This document shows, piece after piece, positions 27,527-40,858 of a stretch of DNA of 64,000 nucleotides (within the stretch, counting starts at the first letter, position 1; each line of letters begins with the position of its first letter). The notes beneath the pieces are model-generated. The model was not told the origin of the DNA. It made no database searches and saw nothing but the letters and a program-made list of their open reading frames with translations. The stretch comes from Acidimicrobiia bacterium (lineage in GTDB: Bacteria > Actinomycetota > Acidimicrobiia > Acidimicrobiales > Bin134), in the NCBI GenBank assembly GCA_022819825.1, contig JAJEGM010000053.1, positions 3,722-67,721 on the forward strand, given 5' to 3'. The translations under genes were made by a program, and so were the position numbers.

Positions 27527-28649
27527 GTGCTTCCCACACTCGAAACCCTGGGCGAGACCCTCGGCGGCTTGGACGGCCGCCGGATCCTTCTGCGGGCCGA
27601 CTTCAACGTTCCGCTTGACGCTGGTGGCCAGATTGCCGACAACTTCCGCATAAAGGCCGCGCTGCCCACCATCCGCTGGCTCACCGGCCAGGGGGCCGCT
27701 GTGGTGGCGTGCAGCCACTTGGGACGACCCGACGGCAGGCCCGACCCCCAGTATTCGCTGACTCCGGTGCAGGCCCGGCTGGGGGAGCTGGCCCCTGGTG
27801 TGGAGTTGCTGGAAAACCTGCGTTTCGACCCGGGCGAGACAGGCAATGACGATGGTTTCGTGCAGCGGATAGTGGAGGGCTGCCACGGCTACGTGAACGA
27901 CGCCTTCGGAGCGTCTCATCGGGCCCATGCCTCCATTGTGGGACCGCCCCGTTATGTGCCCAGCGCAGCGGGCCGCCTACTGGCCAAAGAAGCCGAGGTG
28001 CTGTTGGGTCTGCGGGCCAAACCCAAGCGCCCGTTTGTTGCCGTGTTGGGCGGGGCCAAGGTCAGCGACAAGCTGGGGGTGATCGATGCCCTGTTGGAGA
28101 CCGCCGACGAGGTGGTGATCGGCGGCGGCATGTGCTTCACGTTCCTGGCGGCCCAAGGCCATAGCGTGGGCGACTCGCTGCTCCAGCCCGACCAGATTGA
28201 GGCTTGCGGCCGCCTGTTGAGTTCAGGCGCGCCCATCCGCCTCCCCTCCGACATCACCGCGCTTGCGCCGGGGGAGCGGGTGGTACAGGCCGGAGTGGAT
28301 CTACACCCTGACTGGAAGGGATTGGACATCGGCCCGGGCACCGCGGCCGAGTTCAGCGACCTCATCGCGGAGGCGGGCACCGTCCTGTGGAACGGCCCCA
28401 TGGGGTTGTTCGAAGACCCGAGGTTTGCGGCGGGAACCAAGGTGGTGGCCCAGGCGCTGGCCGATAGCCGGGCTTTCACCGTGGTGGGCGGGGGCGACAG
28501 CGCGGCGGCGGTCCGACAGTTCGGCCTCGACCGAGAAATGGACCACGTGTCCACCGGTGGCGGGGCGTCGTTGGAGTTGATCGAGCAGGGCGACCTGCCC
28601 GGCCTGAGAGCACTGAGAGAATCAGTTGGAACTCCCGAGGAGGGACACG

Positions 28650-28657
<8 letters not shown>
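27527..28657 (+). CDS. pgk: Phosphoglycerate kinase
   Basis: GRRILLRADFNVPLD, SHLGRP and GGGDSAAA. Start set at GTG 27527, just after the gap stop (ORF track opens at 27458 inside gap). Confidence 0.93.
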
Positions 28658-29426
<769 letters not shown>

Positions 29427-29485
29427 GGGGAAGCAGACCCCCGCCGGTTGGGGCTAGGTCCCGACGGCCGAGTTGCTGAGAATGA

Positions 29486-31390
29486 TCAGGTGATCTCTAG
29501 GTCGTCCCATTCGACTTCGGTGCAGAGGCGGTGGTACTCGGGGCCGTACCAGGGGGCGCTCATCTGAAGCCGGTTGTGGGTTGAGTTGACGTAGTAGTTG
29601 TTGCCCGGAGACCCCATCTCGTGCATCAGCAGGAGCTTGGAGGCCTCCTTGTCCAGCGCCTCGTTGTAGCGCTCGTAGGCGTCCATGGTGACTTCGACGC
29701 TGGACTTGCCCTCCTCCAGCATCCGCACGATCAGCTGGCCCGCGTAGCTTGACCACACCTGATACCAGATGGGAAGGCCCGTGCCGCCCGACAAGGGCTG
29801 GGAATTGGGGCCGTAGAGCATGAACATGTTGGGGAAATTCGGCACCATCATGCTGATGTAGGCCCTGGGGCCGTCCTTGGACCAGAAGTCGTGCACGTTG
29901 AGCCCGTCGCGGCCGATGTAGTCGGCCGGGTACAGGAACTGGACGATCTCAAAGCCGATGGCTGTGATGACAGTGTCCACCTCGTGGACGGTTCCATCCT
30001 CAGTCTCGATGCCTTCGGGGGTGAACCGGACGATCGGATCGGTGATCAGCTCCACGTTGTCGCGGGTGAGGGCCCGATACCAGCCGTTGTCCACCACGGG
30101 GCGCCGGGAGAAGGGCGCGTAGTCGGGGATCAGCCGGTCGACGAGGTCGGGGTCGTTGTCGGTCTGCTCGTGGATGTAGTTGGTGAGGAAGGAGCGAAGC
30201 TGGTCGTTCACCTCGTTCCAATAGCCTCCTTGGGCCTGCCACTCCTCGTCGGGAATCAGCTGGTCGTGGGTCTTGAACAGCGCGGCGATGGCCATGTATC
30301 GCCACCAGTTCCAATAGCCCGGGAAGTTGTCGAGCAGCCAGCGCACTTCCGGCTCGATGGGCTGGCCGTACTTGGGCCGAGGGCTGATCCACTGCTTGGA
30401 GCGCTGGAAGACGTACACCTGCTCGGCCTCTTCGGCGATGGGGGAGAGCAGCTGCACCCCGGTCGAGCCGTTGCCGACCACGGCGATCCGCTCGCCGCGG
30501 TAGTCGTAGTCCTCGGGCCATTGCGATGGGTGGATGGTCCGACCGGGGAAGTCTTCGAAGCCCTCGAAATTGGGGGTTCTCTGGTTGGCGAAGGCGCCGA
30601 CCGCGTTGATCACCACGTTGGCCTCGATGGTCTCGATGCCGTCGGGGGTGCCGGCCTCGAGCACCCAGACATCGCGGCCCTCGTCGTAGGTGGCCCGCTT
30701 CAGATCGTGGTCGAATCGGGTGTTGTCGTACATGCCGTACTTGCGCGAGATGTGGAGCAAGTACTCCCGAACCAGCTGGCCCTTCCCGAAGTACTCGGGC
30801 CACGGGTAGTTTTTCTCGAAGGCGAACTCGTAGGTGATCGAGATGGTATCCACCCGGATGTCTGGGTAGCGGTGCCGGCTCCACGTGCCCCCGGGCTCGG
30901 ATCGGCGCTCCAGGATCACATAGGGGATTCCCAGCAGTTCCATCTGGATGCCCGCGGCCAGCCCGCTGAATCCGCTGCCGATGATGGCCACCTGGAATCC
31001 TTCGGGCAGCTCGGGCTTGCCGTCGGTCCAGTCCACCGTCCAGGGGAATGGCTTGAAGGCCATCAGCTCGCGCCGCGACTCAAACTCCAGGTCGCCCATC
31101 TCCTCCTTGGTGGCGAGATTCATCAGCTGGCGCAGTCGGGGCTGGGGCGGTTCCTCGGGCATCCCCGGAGCAGCGTTTTCTAGAAGCCACGCCACCGTCT
31201 TGGACACCAGCAGCTCGCGTTGGTCGTCGTCGAGCTCCAGCATCCGCGGCAGTGCCTCGATCTCCGGATCGTCGGTGTGGTGGAACAGCGCCACCCGCAC
31301 GGCGTCCAAATCGGCCAATTCCACGGCGCGGCGGATGAACTCCGGGCTCACCGACTCCGCGGTCGTCTCAGGGGAAGATTCCACAGTCAC
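29486..31390 (-). CDS. Type I Baeyer-Villiger / flavin-containing monooxygenase with N-terminal extension
   Basis: VAIIGSGFSGLAAG (FAD), BVMO fingerprint FPGRTIHPSQW, and VVGNGSTG (NADPH). About 130 residues precede the FAD motif. Confidence 0.85.
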   Translation of the reverse strand: MTVESSPETTAESVSPEFIRRAVELADLDAVRVALFHHTDDPEIEALPRMLELDDDQRELLVSKTVAWLLENAAPGMPEEPPQPRLRQLMNLATKEEMGDLEFESRRELMAFKPFPWTVDWTDGKPELPEGFQVAIIGSGFSGLAAGIQMELLGIPYVILERRSEPGGTWSRHRYPDIRVDTISITYEFAFEKNYPWPEYFGKGQLVREYLLHISRKYGMYDNTRFDHDLKRATYDEGRDVWVLEAGTPDGIETIEANVVINAVGAFANQRTPNFEGFEDFPGRTIHPSQWPEDYDYRGERIAVVGNGSTGVQLLSPIAEEAEQVYVFQRSKQWISPRPKYGQPIEPEVRWLLDNFPGYWNWWRYMAIAALFKTHDQLIPDEEWQAQGGYWNEVNDQLRSFLTNYIHEQTDNDPDLVDRLIPDYAPFSRRPVVDNGWYRALTRDNVELITDPIVRFTPEGIETEDGTVHEVDTVITAIGFEIVQFLYPADYIGRDGLNVHDFWSKDGPRAYISMMVPNFPNMFMLYGPNSQPLSGGTGLPIWYQVWSSYAGQLIVRMLEEGKSSVEVTMDAYERYNEALDKEASKLLLMHEMGSPGNNYYVNSTHNRLQMSAPWYGPEYHRLCTEVEWDDLEIT

Positions 31391-31464
31391 GTCCTAAAGG
31401 TTCTCAGAATCGGCGGGGTAGTGCTGAGTCCTGGCGGCACCTCGCCGAAACAAGTCCCCCCGAC

Positions 31465-32679
31465 TCAGGCGGCCGGGTCGACGGAGAGGGGAACCGACTT
31501 GTAGCCCCGAACGGTGGAGGTGTGGATCCACTCCAGGTGGTTGTCGTCGACCTCCCAGTCGCGGTAGCGCCGGAGCATCTGCTCGAGGCCGATGCGGCCT
31601 TCCAGGCGGGCCAGCGCGGCGCCGATGCAGAAGTGGGCGCCGTAGCCGAACGACAGATGGCGGTCGATGTTGCGATGGATGTCGAATCGGTCGGCATCGG
31701 GGAAGTGGCGCTCGTCGCGGTTGCCGCTGCCGTTGATCAGCAGAATGTTGGCCCCGGTGGGCACCACTTGGCCGTGCAACTCCACGTCTTGCATGACCCG
31801 CCGTCCCTGCACTGGGGAGGGGGCCTCGTAGCGAAGTATCTCCTCTAGGGCATCGGGCACCAGCGAGAGGTCATCGCGAAGCTCGGCGTGCTGATCAGGA
31901 TGCTCAGCCAGCAGCACCACCGCCCAGGCCAGGAAGCGGGCCACTGTCTCGGCCCCAGCCCCGCCGATCAGGGCAACGTAGGAGGTGATCTCGTCCAGGG
32001 TGAGAGGGCGAGTAGATCCGTCCAGCAGCTCTCGCTCGTGAGTGGCCAGGATGGTCAGCAGGTCGTCGGCCGGCTCCTTCCGCTTCTGCTCGCACAACTC
32101 GGGAACCAGGGCATACACCTCGTGGGAGAGGTTGCCGGTCTGGTCGACCAGCTCTCGGCTGCTGCCCGCGGTGGCTGTTTCCTCTATGTGCAGCCCCTTG
32201 TCCATCGATTGCCGCAAGTCCTGTTCGAGCCCTTCGGGAAATCCCAGCAGGGCCAAGATCACGGTGGGAGGCATGAGCGCGGAGAAGCGGTCGACGAAGT
32301 CGAAAACAGTCAGACCCTCCAGAGGATCCAGCAAGTTGTCGCAGATGGACTCGATCCGGCTCTCCAAGCCGTTGATGGCCTTGGGGGTGAAGGCCCGGCT
32401 CACCAGTTTGCGCAACAGCGTCTGCTCCGGTGGGTCTCGGAAGATGAACAACGGTCCGGTCCACTCCTCATCGCCCATGAGGTCGAGCGATGTGGCGTAA
32501 CGAGAAGAGTAGGTCTCGGTGTCGAGCAGCCCGGCAAGTACGTCGTCGTACCGGGTCAACGCCCAGAAGTTGTGCTCGTCGTTGTGATAGAGAGGGGCCT
32601 CGTCGCGCATCCGCCGCCAAACATCATGGGCTCGAATATCGATGTCGTAGTCGAACGGGTTGTAGTCGATCGAACTCAT
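31465..32679 (-). CDS. Cytochrome P450
   Basis: Heme loop FGYGAHFCIGAALAR, ExxR (EEILRYE), and I-helix-like GGAGAETV. Confidence 0.92.
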   Translation of the reverse strand: MSSIDYNPFDYDIDIRAHDVWRRMRDEAPLYHNDEHNFWALTRYDDVLAGLLDTETYSSRYATSLDLMGDEEWTGPLFIFRDPPEQTLLRKLVSRAFTPKAINGLESRIESICDNLLDPLEGLTVFDFVDRFSALMPPTVILALLGFPEGLEQDLRQSMDKGLHIEETATAGSSRELVDQTGNLSHEVYALVPELCEQKRKEPADDLLTILATHERELLDGSTRPLTLDEITSYVALIGGAGAETVARFLAWAVVLLAEHPDQHAELRDDLSLVPDALEEILRYEAPSPVQGRRVMQDVELHGQVVPTGANILLINGSGNRDERHFPDADRFDIHRNIDRHLSFGYGAHFCIGAALARLEGRIGLEQMLRRYRDWEVDDNHLEWIHTSTVRGYKSVPLSVDPAA

Positions 32680-32712
32680 GGCGACGTTCTAGCCGGGATT
32701 GCCTGCGGATCG

Positions 32713-33735
32713 CTAGGAAGTCTCGGCGAACAGGGTGGTGTAGACGTAGCGCGTTTCTTCCGCTGATAGGCCAGCGCCCAAATACTGGTTGTCGATGTGC
32801 AACTCCCAATGCAGATGGGGGTCGGTGTAGAAGTCGCCGTTAGCGGCCGCGTGGGTTCCCCGATTGCCGATTTCTCCCACCGTCTGCCCTGCTTGAACTG
32901 CTTCGCCGACCCGGATGTCGGGGTCGACACTTTCCAGGTGGGCGTAGACGGTGATCACATGGCCGACGTCGGGGACGACGCCGTGGTCGATGACCACATA
33001 GTTCCCGTACAGCGTCAACAGGGTGTAGGGGGGCGTGGCGTCGAGCTGGGCGGCGACATCCAACAAGAGATCCCGCTTGTCGGAATCCGGGTCCTCGTAG
33101 TTGCCCACCACCAGCACTGCCCGCCCGTCCAGCGCGGCTACTGCGGGGTGTCCCCGGGCAAAGCACTGGAAGTCAACGCCCTGGTGTATTCCCGAACGGT
33201 AGGCCCGGGGTGCGTTGGGCATCAGGTCGGGGTAGGGGAGGGGCGACATGCACCCGCTGGGCCAGACAATGTCAAGCGATAGGCGGGCGGCGTCTTCCAG
33301 CGCTTCTTGGTACGTCTGCGGCTCTTGGTCAAGCACCAAGAAAACCGGGGCGGGGGTGGGCACGGGGTCGGCATTGTCGGGGGGGTTGCCGGGTGTTGAT
33401 CCGTCGCTCGAGCCTGAAGCAGGAGTTGCTTCCGGGGTCGTCGCCGGATCGGTGGATGATGACTCGTCATCGGGTTCTGAAGGGGAGGAAGTCGGCTCGG
33501 AGTCAGCCTCGGATGGGCCAGCAGATGACGCCGGGGTGTCATCGGAACTGTCCGATGACCATGCCTGGGAAACCACGATTCCGATCACGAAGGCCACCGC
33601 CAAGGCTGCAATCGAAAGCAGGACTCGGCCCGACTTGAGGTTTCCTAGGATCTTGACGACCCACTTCTTCAACCAGCGGAATGACACGGCCAAGCCGCGC
33701 CTGATTGCTCTCAGTCCGTGACGAATCTTCTTCAT
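32713..33735 (-). CDS. M23 family metallopeptidase, membrane anchored
   Basis: N-terminal TM LLSIAALAVAFVIGIVV, a Ser/Pro/Asp-rich linker, HQGVD (HxxxD) and HLHWELH (HxH). Confidence 0.8.
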   Translation of the reverse strand: MKKIRHGLRAIRRGLAVSFRWLKKWVVKILGNLKSGRVLLSIAALAVAFVIGIVVSQAWSSDSSDDTPASSAGPSEADSEPTSSPSEPDDESSSTDPATTPEATPASGSSDGSTPGNPPDNADPVPTPAPVFLVLDQEPQTYQEALEDAARLSLDIVWPSGCMSPLPYPDLMPNAPRAYRSGIHQGVDFQCFARGHPAVAALDGRAVLVVGNYEDPDSDKRDLLLDVAAQLDATPPYTLLTLYGNYVVIDHGVVPDVGHVITVYAHLESVDPDIRVGEAVQAGQTVGEIGNRGTHAAANGDFYTDPHLHWELHIDNQYLGAGLSAEETRYVYTTLFAETS

Positions 33736-33757
33736 TGCAGATCAGCACACTACACGG

Positions 33758-34030
33758 GTGTTCGGTGGGCTAGTGGAGCGGGTAGAATTAGCCGCTGTGA
33801 CTATTGCGCTTGTGGTGATCGACGTGTTTTCCGCGTTGGCACTGCTGTTCTTAGTGCTACTCCACAGCGGCCGAGGCGGCGGCCTCTCCGACATGTTCGG
33901 CGGTGGCCTCGGCACTCAGGCCGCCGGGTCGACCGTCATCGAGAAGAACCTCGACCGGCTCACCATCGTGGCCGCGTTGATCTTCTCCTTCTCCACTCTG
34001 GCGCTGGCCCTGCTGCTGGATTCCAGCTAG
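33758..34030 (+). CDS. secG: Preprotein translocase subunit SecG
   Basis: LFLVLLHSGRGGGLSDMFGGGLG...STVIEKNLDRLT is the SecG signature. The true start is possibly GTG 33797, which would give 77 aa. Confidence 0.85.
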   Translation: MFGGLVERVELAAVTIALVVIDVFSALALLFLVLLHSGRGGGLSDMFGGGLGTQAAGSTVIEKNLDRLTIVAALIFSFSTLALALLLDSS

Positions 34031-34051
34031 CAGCTGACCACTTACCGTCGG

Positions 34052-35158
34052 TTGGACTTCGCGCTCAGCCCCGAGTTGCTGGAACTGCGCGACCGGGCGC
34101 GGATCGTGGCCGCGGAGGGTGTGGCCCGATTAGGGCGGCACAACGACTCGTGGATCAACGGCTACTCCAAGGAGTTCGCCCGGGTTATGGCCGACGAGGG
34201 TTGGATCGGCATGGGATGGCCCACGGAGTACGGAGGAAGGGCCCGACCGCCCATCGAGCGGTTGATCGTGGCCGAGGAGATGATCAGCGCCGGTGCTCCG
34301 GTGGCGGCCATGTGGTTCGCCGACCGCCAGATGGGGCCGACACTTATCGCCTACGGCACCGAGCAGCAGAAAGCCGAGTTCCTGCCCCAGATGCTGGCGG
34401 GGGAGAGCGCTTGGTGCATCGGCATGAGCGAGCCCGACGCCGGCTCCGATCTGGCCTCCATCGGCACTTGGGCGGTCCGCGACGGCGACCACTTCGTGAT
34501 CGACGGCCAGAAGATCTGGACCAGCTTCGGCAACTTGGCAGACTACTGCTACCTGATCTGCCGCACCAGCGACGATGGTCCGCCCCACCGGGGGGTCAGC
34601 GAGATCATCGTGGCGATGGACACCCCCGGCATCGAGGTGCGCCCCATCACCGACATGATCGCCAACCGGCACTTCTGCGAGATCTACTTCACCGGCGTGC
34701 GGGTGCCAGCCGAGAACCTGGTGGGTGCCGAGGGCGACGCCTTCAAGCAGACCATGGCGCAGTTGGCCCACGAGCGGGGTGGGATCGACCGCTTGGTGTC
34801 CAACCGAGCGCTGTTCCTCCACGCTCAGTCGAAGGCCAGCCGCGACGACCCCCGGGTTCGCCAGGAGATCGCCCAACTGGAGAGCGAGTACCGGGTGGGC
34901 CGCCTGCTGGTGTACCGAGAGGCCTTGGGCCAGGCCCCCGCCGGTTTCAGCGCGGCCACCAAGGCCTTCTGCACCGAGCACGAGCAGCGGGTGGCCCAGT
35001 TCGCCGCTTCCACCCTCGGCCCGGTAGCGCTGCTCGACGACCAGTGGACCAAGGCGATCTGCTACGCACCCTCGTACACCATCGCCGGCGGCACCTCCAA
35101 CGTGATGCGCAACATCCTCGGCGAGCGCGTCCTAGGCCTGCCCCGCGAGCCCCGTTGA
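34052..35158 (+). CDS. Acyl-CoA dehydrogenase
   Basis: GMSEPDAGSDLAS, DGQKIWTS, and C-terminal TIAGGTSNVMRNILGERVLGLP. TTG start. Confidence 0.9.
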   Translation: MDFALSPELLELRDRARIVAAEGVARLGRHNDSWINGYSKEFARVMADEGWIGMGWPTEYGGRARPPIERLIVAEEMISAGAPVAAMWFADRQMGPTLIAYGTEQQKAEFLPQMLAGESAWCIGMSEPDAGSDLASIGTWAVRDGDHFVIDGQKIWTSFGNLADYCYLICRTSDDGPPHRGVSEIIVAMDTPGIEVRPITDMIANRHFCEIYFTGVRVPAENLVGAEGDAFKQTMAQLAHERGGIDRLVSNRALFLHAQSKASRDDPRVRQEIAQLESEYRVGRLLVYREALGQAPAGFSAATKAFCTEHEQRVAQFAASTLGPVALLDDQWTKAICYAPSYTIAGGTSNVMRNILGERVLGLPREPR

Positions 35159-35186
35159 ACTCCTCACAACCGGGTGGAATTCGGCA

Positions 35187-36896
35187 TTAGCTCGTCGTGC
35201 TCCTTCTGCGACGGCGCTGGGGGCCGCGGTCGTGGGTTTCGGCGTCCACTCCCTGCTCGCGCAGCACCATCTTGCGGACCTTTTCCGACGGCGTCTTCGG
35301 CAGCTCGTCGACTACGCGGAGATAGCGGGGCACCGCGAATGCCGGTAGCTGCTTGTCAGCGTAAGCCCAGACCTCTTCGGCGCTGATCTCGGCGCCCGGC
35401 TCGGGTACCAAGAAGACCATCACCTCGTCTTCTCCGGCCTCCTGGTCGGCGGGGACGCCGATGGCGGCGACCTCGGCAAGGGCTGGATGGGAAACCAGAC
35501 CCTGTTCGACCTCGTACGACGAGATGTTCTCGCCCCGCCGCCGGATTGCGTCCTTCAGGCGATCCACGAAGTAGTACCAGCCGTCGGCGTCGCGGCGGAG
35601 CCCATCGCCGGTGTGGAACCACAGGTTCCTGAAGGCTTCGGTGGTCTTGTCGGGCATGCCGAAGTACCCCTGGCAGGTGGTCCACGGGTAGCGGCCTCGT
35701 ACGACGAGCTCTCCCACCTCGCCGACCGGCACCTCTTCGTCGGTGTCGGAGTCCACCAATCGGATATCGAACCAGTCGGCGTTGAGAAGCCCGGCGGCGC
35801 CCGGTGGGCGGTCGACGCCATAGGGCGTGAGAATCGGCATACAGGTCTCGGTGAGTCCGAATACCTCCACGAAGGCCTCGATGCCGAAACGCTCCTTGAA
35901 CTGGTCGAGGATGGAAGTGGCCGTGGGTGCCGCGAAGATGCAGCGCAGGTGGTTGTCGGCATCGTCGGGCCGGGGCTCCTGCTGCCAGACGAAGTCCATC
36001 ATCACGCCGACGAAGTTGGTCACCGTCGCGTTTGCTGCTCGGATCTGGTCGATCCATTCCGAAGCGCTGAAGCGCTCGTGCAACACGTAGCGGGCACCGG
36101 CGATCAGCGCCGGGTAAGCCGCCAGAAACTGCGAGTTCCCGTGGAACAGCGGGCCCACCGACATATAAATGTCGGCTTCCGTCAGCCGGGTCAACGACAC
36201 GCACTCGTCCGCGAACAGGTACATGTGGGCGTGTGGCATCATGACGCCCTTCGACAGCCCGGTCGTGCCCGACGTGAAGAAGACCGACGCGAGGTCGCGA
36301 GCTTCCACATCGGGCAAATCGGCTCGTACGGCGGTGAGAAGCGAGTTCCACGGGCTGGCCTCGTAGCCGGCGGCCCTCAGTTGGGAGATCGCGGCGGCAA
36401 CCGCAGCATCATCTCCGACGACGAAATAGTGGCGGATAGATGTCACCGCGTCAGGAACGTCGCCGATGCGCTCCACGAACTCGGGCGCGATAACGGCCAG
36501 CACCGGCTCTGTAGTGCGGACCTGATGGGCCAAGAACGACCCTCGATAGGCCGTGTTGATCGGTACCTCCACGAGGCCGGCGACCGACGACCCCAGCCAC
36601 GCGAGGATGTACGCAGAGCAGTTCGGGATCATGATCAGGACCCGGTCGCCCGGCTGGGCCCCAGCGGCCAGCATTCCCGAGCCGACACGCTCGGCCAGAT
36701 CGAGGGTTTCGGCGAAGGTGTAAGACTCGCCGGACCACGGCACGTCGAGATAGGTGCGGTGCGGATGTCTAGCGGCGCGGTCCCGAAGCACCCGGGGAGA
36801 GCTCCACGACGCCCGATCCGGATAGGAAGGCGTGTACTCGTCGTAATGCTGAGTCATGAGACGTGCCCCGGCAAGGAGGTTCTGCGGCGTGGTCAC
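35187..36896 (-). CDS. Acyl-CoA synthetase (AMP-forming)
   Basis: FTSGTTGLSKGV, TGDGLRRDADGWYYFVDRLKD and PKTPSEKVRK. GTG start 12 nt below the csp stop; an alternative ATG lies at 36857. Confidence 0.88.
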   Translation of the reverse strand: MTTPQNLLAGARLMTQHYDEYTPSYPDRASWSSPRVLRDRAARHPHRTYLDVPWSGESYTFAETLDLAERVGSGMLAAGAQPGDRVLIMIPNCSAYILAWLGSSVAGLVEVPINTAYRGSFLAHQVRTTEPVLAVIAPEFVERIGDVPDAVTSIRHYFVVGDDAAVAAAISQLRAAGYEASPWNSLLTAVRADLPDVEARDLASVFFTSGTTGLSKGVMMPHAHMYLFADECVSLTRLTEADIYMSVGPLFHGNSQFLAAYPALIAGARYVLHERFSASEWIDQIRAANATVTNFVGVMMDFVWQQEPRPDDADNHLRCIFAAPTATSILDQFKERFGIEAFVEVFGLTETCMPILTPYGVDRPPGAAGLLNADWFDIRLVDSDTDEEVPVGEVGELVVRGRYPWTTCQGYFGMPDKTTEAFRNLWFHTGDGLRRDADGWYYFVDRLKDAIRRRGENISSYEVEQGLVSHPALAEVAAIGVPADQEAGEDEVMVFLVPEPGAEISAEEVWAYADKQLPAFAVPRYLRVVDELPKTPSEKVRKMVLREQGVDAETHDRGPQRRRRRSTTS

Positions 36897-36908
36897 CGCG
36901 TGGATTGT

Positions 36909-37106
36909 TCAGACGACTCGCACGTTTTGTGCTTCCTCGCCCTTGCGGCCTGGGGCAACTTCGAACTCGACTGTTTGGCCTTCGTTAAGGGATCTGTGAC
37001 CCTCACCGGCGATGTTCGAATAGTGGACGAAGACGTCGTCGCCGCCGTCTCGCGAGATAAAGCCGTAGCCCTTCTCATTGTTGAAAAACTTGACAGTTCC
37101 TTGCAT
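36909..37106 (-). CDS. cspA: Cold-shock protein (CspA family)
   Basis: [30 protein letters not shown] (RNP1/RNP2). 66 aa from the ATG at 37106. Confidence 0.93.
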   Translation of the reverse strand: MQGTVKFFNNEKGYGFISRDGGDDVFVHYSNIAGEGHRSLNEGQTVEFEVAPGRKGEEAQNVRVV

Positions 37107-37241
37107 GTCCTCATGCTCTCGTTGGAGTCGATCTCGTGACCCACTCATCCATGACTGTACGGCGGCGCTGGGTCGGAACTACTAAGCCAGACCAACTTTG
37201 CGCGAATTCTCTCGCGGCGCTGAATTTGGAAGACTCATGAC

Positions 37242-38114
37242 GTGTTTCGCGTCACCCAGTTTTCAGACACGCACTTCAGCACCAACCCAGAGGGAGAGTC
37301 TCGCAATACCGACGACACCTGGGACGCGGTGTTTGCCGATGCGTTTGATGAGGCTCGGCCGCTTCCCAATCTGGTGGTGATCACCGGCGACATAGCGAAC
37401 GATGGCACTGAAGCCGAGTACATGAAGATTGCTGAAAAGTTCGACCGCATCCCGGTTCCCGCTGTCGTTTGTCCGGGAAATCACGACCGGCAGGTACCCT
37501 TCGACGCCATTTTGCCCCGGCCGGGGCTGAGCAACGGGCGCACTTGGAGGGTGGAGAACTGGCTGTTTCTGTTCGCCGACTCCAATGCCGACGGGCGAGA
37601 GCGTCGCCCCGATGGCTCTCTGGTAGACACCGAGGATCGGACCATGCAGCACGGTCGCTTCGGAGACCCCGAGGTTGTGTGGATGGGTGAGACCGTCGGT
37701 CGGAGTGATGCCGACCACGCTTTCGTTTGGACTCATCACCCACCAGGGGTTGCCGGCTTCTTCAAGAGCGAAGTTCATGATGCCGAATTCGCTCGGCTGA
37801 TCGACAAGGCCCCCACCATCCGCGGGGTAGGGGCTGGCCACACCCACACCAACACGATCTTGGAGTGTGCGGGGCGCCCCATCCACCAGTGCCCGTCGCT
37901 CTCGGTCAACTTGGACATGAGAGAGAACACCACTCTCCCGCCTGGATACCGCACTTATGAATTTGCCGAAGACGGCTCGATCACGAGCGAGGCACACCTC
38001 GTCGGGGAAGACCGGTGGCCGAGGAGCCAGCTCCCCGTACTTGCTCAGCGCATGCTCCGCGGTGAGATCAGCTATGAGGAGATGAAGGCCGAGCAGGCCT
38101 CAGGTATATTCTGA
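37242..38114 (+). CDS. Class III cyclic-nucleotide phosphodiesterase-like metallophosphoesterase (CpdA/Icc type)
   Basis: Ordered motifs SDTHF, ITGDIANDG, PGNHD, WTHHPP and GAGHTHTN. Confidence 0.75.
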   Translation: MFRVTQFSDTHFSTNPEGESRNTDDTWDAVFADAFDEARPLPNLVVITGDIANDGTEAEYMKIAEKFDRIPVPAVVCPGNHDRQVPFDAILPRPGLSNGRTWRVENWLFLFADSNADGRERRPDGSLVDTEDRTMQHGRFGDPEVVWMGETVGRSDADHAFVWTHHPPGVAGFFKSEVHDAEFARLIDKAPTIRGVGAGHTHTNTILECAGRPIHQCPSLSVNLDMRENTTLPPGYRTYEFAEDGSITSEAHLVGEDRWPRSQLPVLAQRMLRGEISYEEMKAEQASGIF

Positions 38115-38169
38115 AAATAGATGAAATAGAATTCTTGATTCAGTCTAGAGTTCTTGCTAGAGTGTCCGC
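38115..38169 (+). promoter_or_regulatory. AT-rich furA upstream region (probable promoter / Fur-type operator)
   Basis: AAATAGATGAAATAGAATTCTTGATTCAGTCTAGAGTTCTTGCTAGAG contains repeated TTCTTG units and TCTAGA/CTAG palindromes. Strongly AT-rich relative to the flanks. Confidence 0.4.
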
Positions 38170-40840
<2,671 letters not shown>

Positions 40841-40858
40841 GCCCAGCAACGGCCAGCT

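Noticed and set aside
33300-33560. Apparent low-complexity repeat DNA
   Set aside because: It encodes the Ser/Pro/Asp/Thr-rich linker of the M23 peptidase in frame. It is not a non-coding repeat.
33718-35190. 490-aa Arg/Pro-rich ORF spanning secG and the acyl-CoA dehydrogenase
   Set aside because: It is an alternative frame of two well-supported genes. The extreme Arg/Pro/Gly content is typical of off-frame translation in high-GC DNA.
35487-37139. 550-aa plus-strand ORF
   Set aside because: It lies antisense to the acyl-CoA synthetase and csp genes, both of which have strong motifs.
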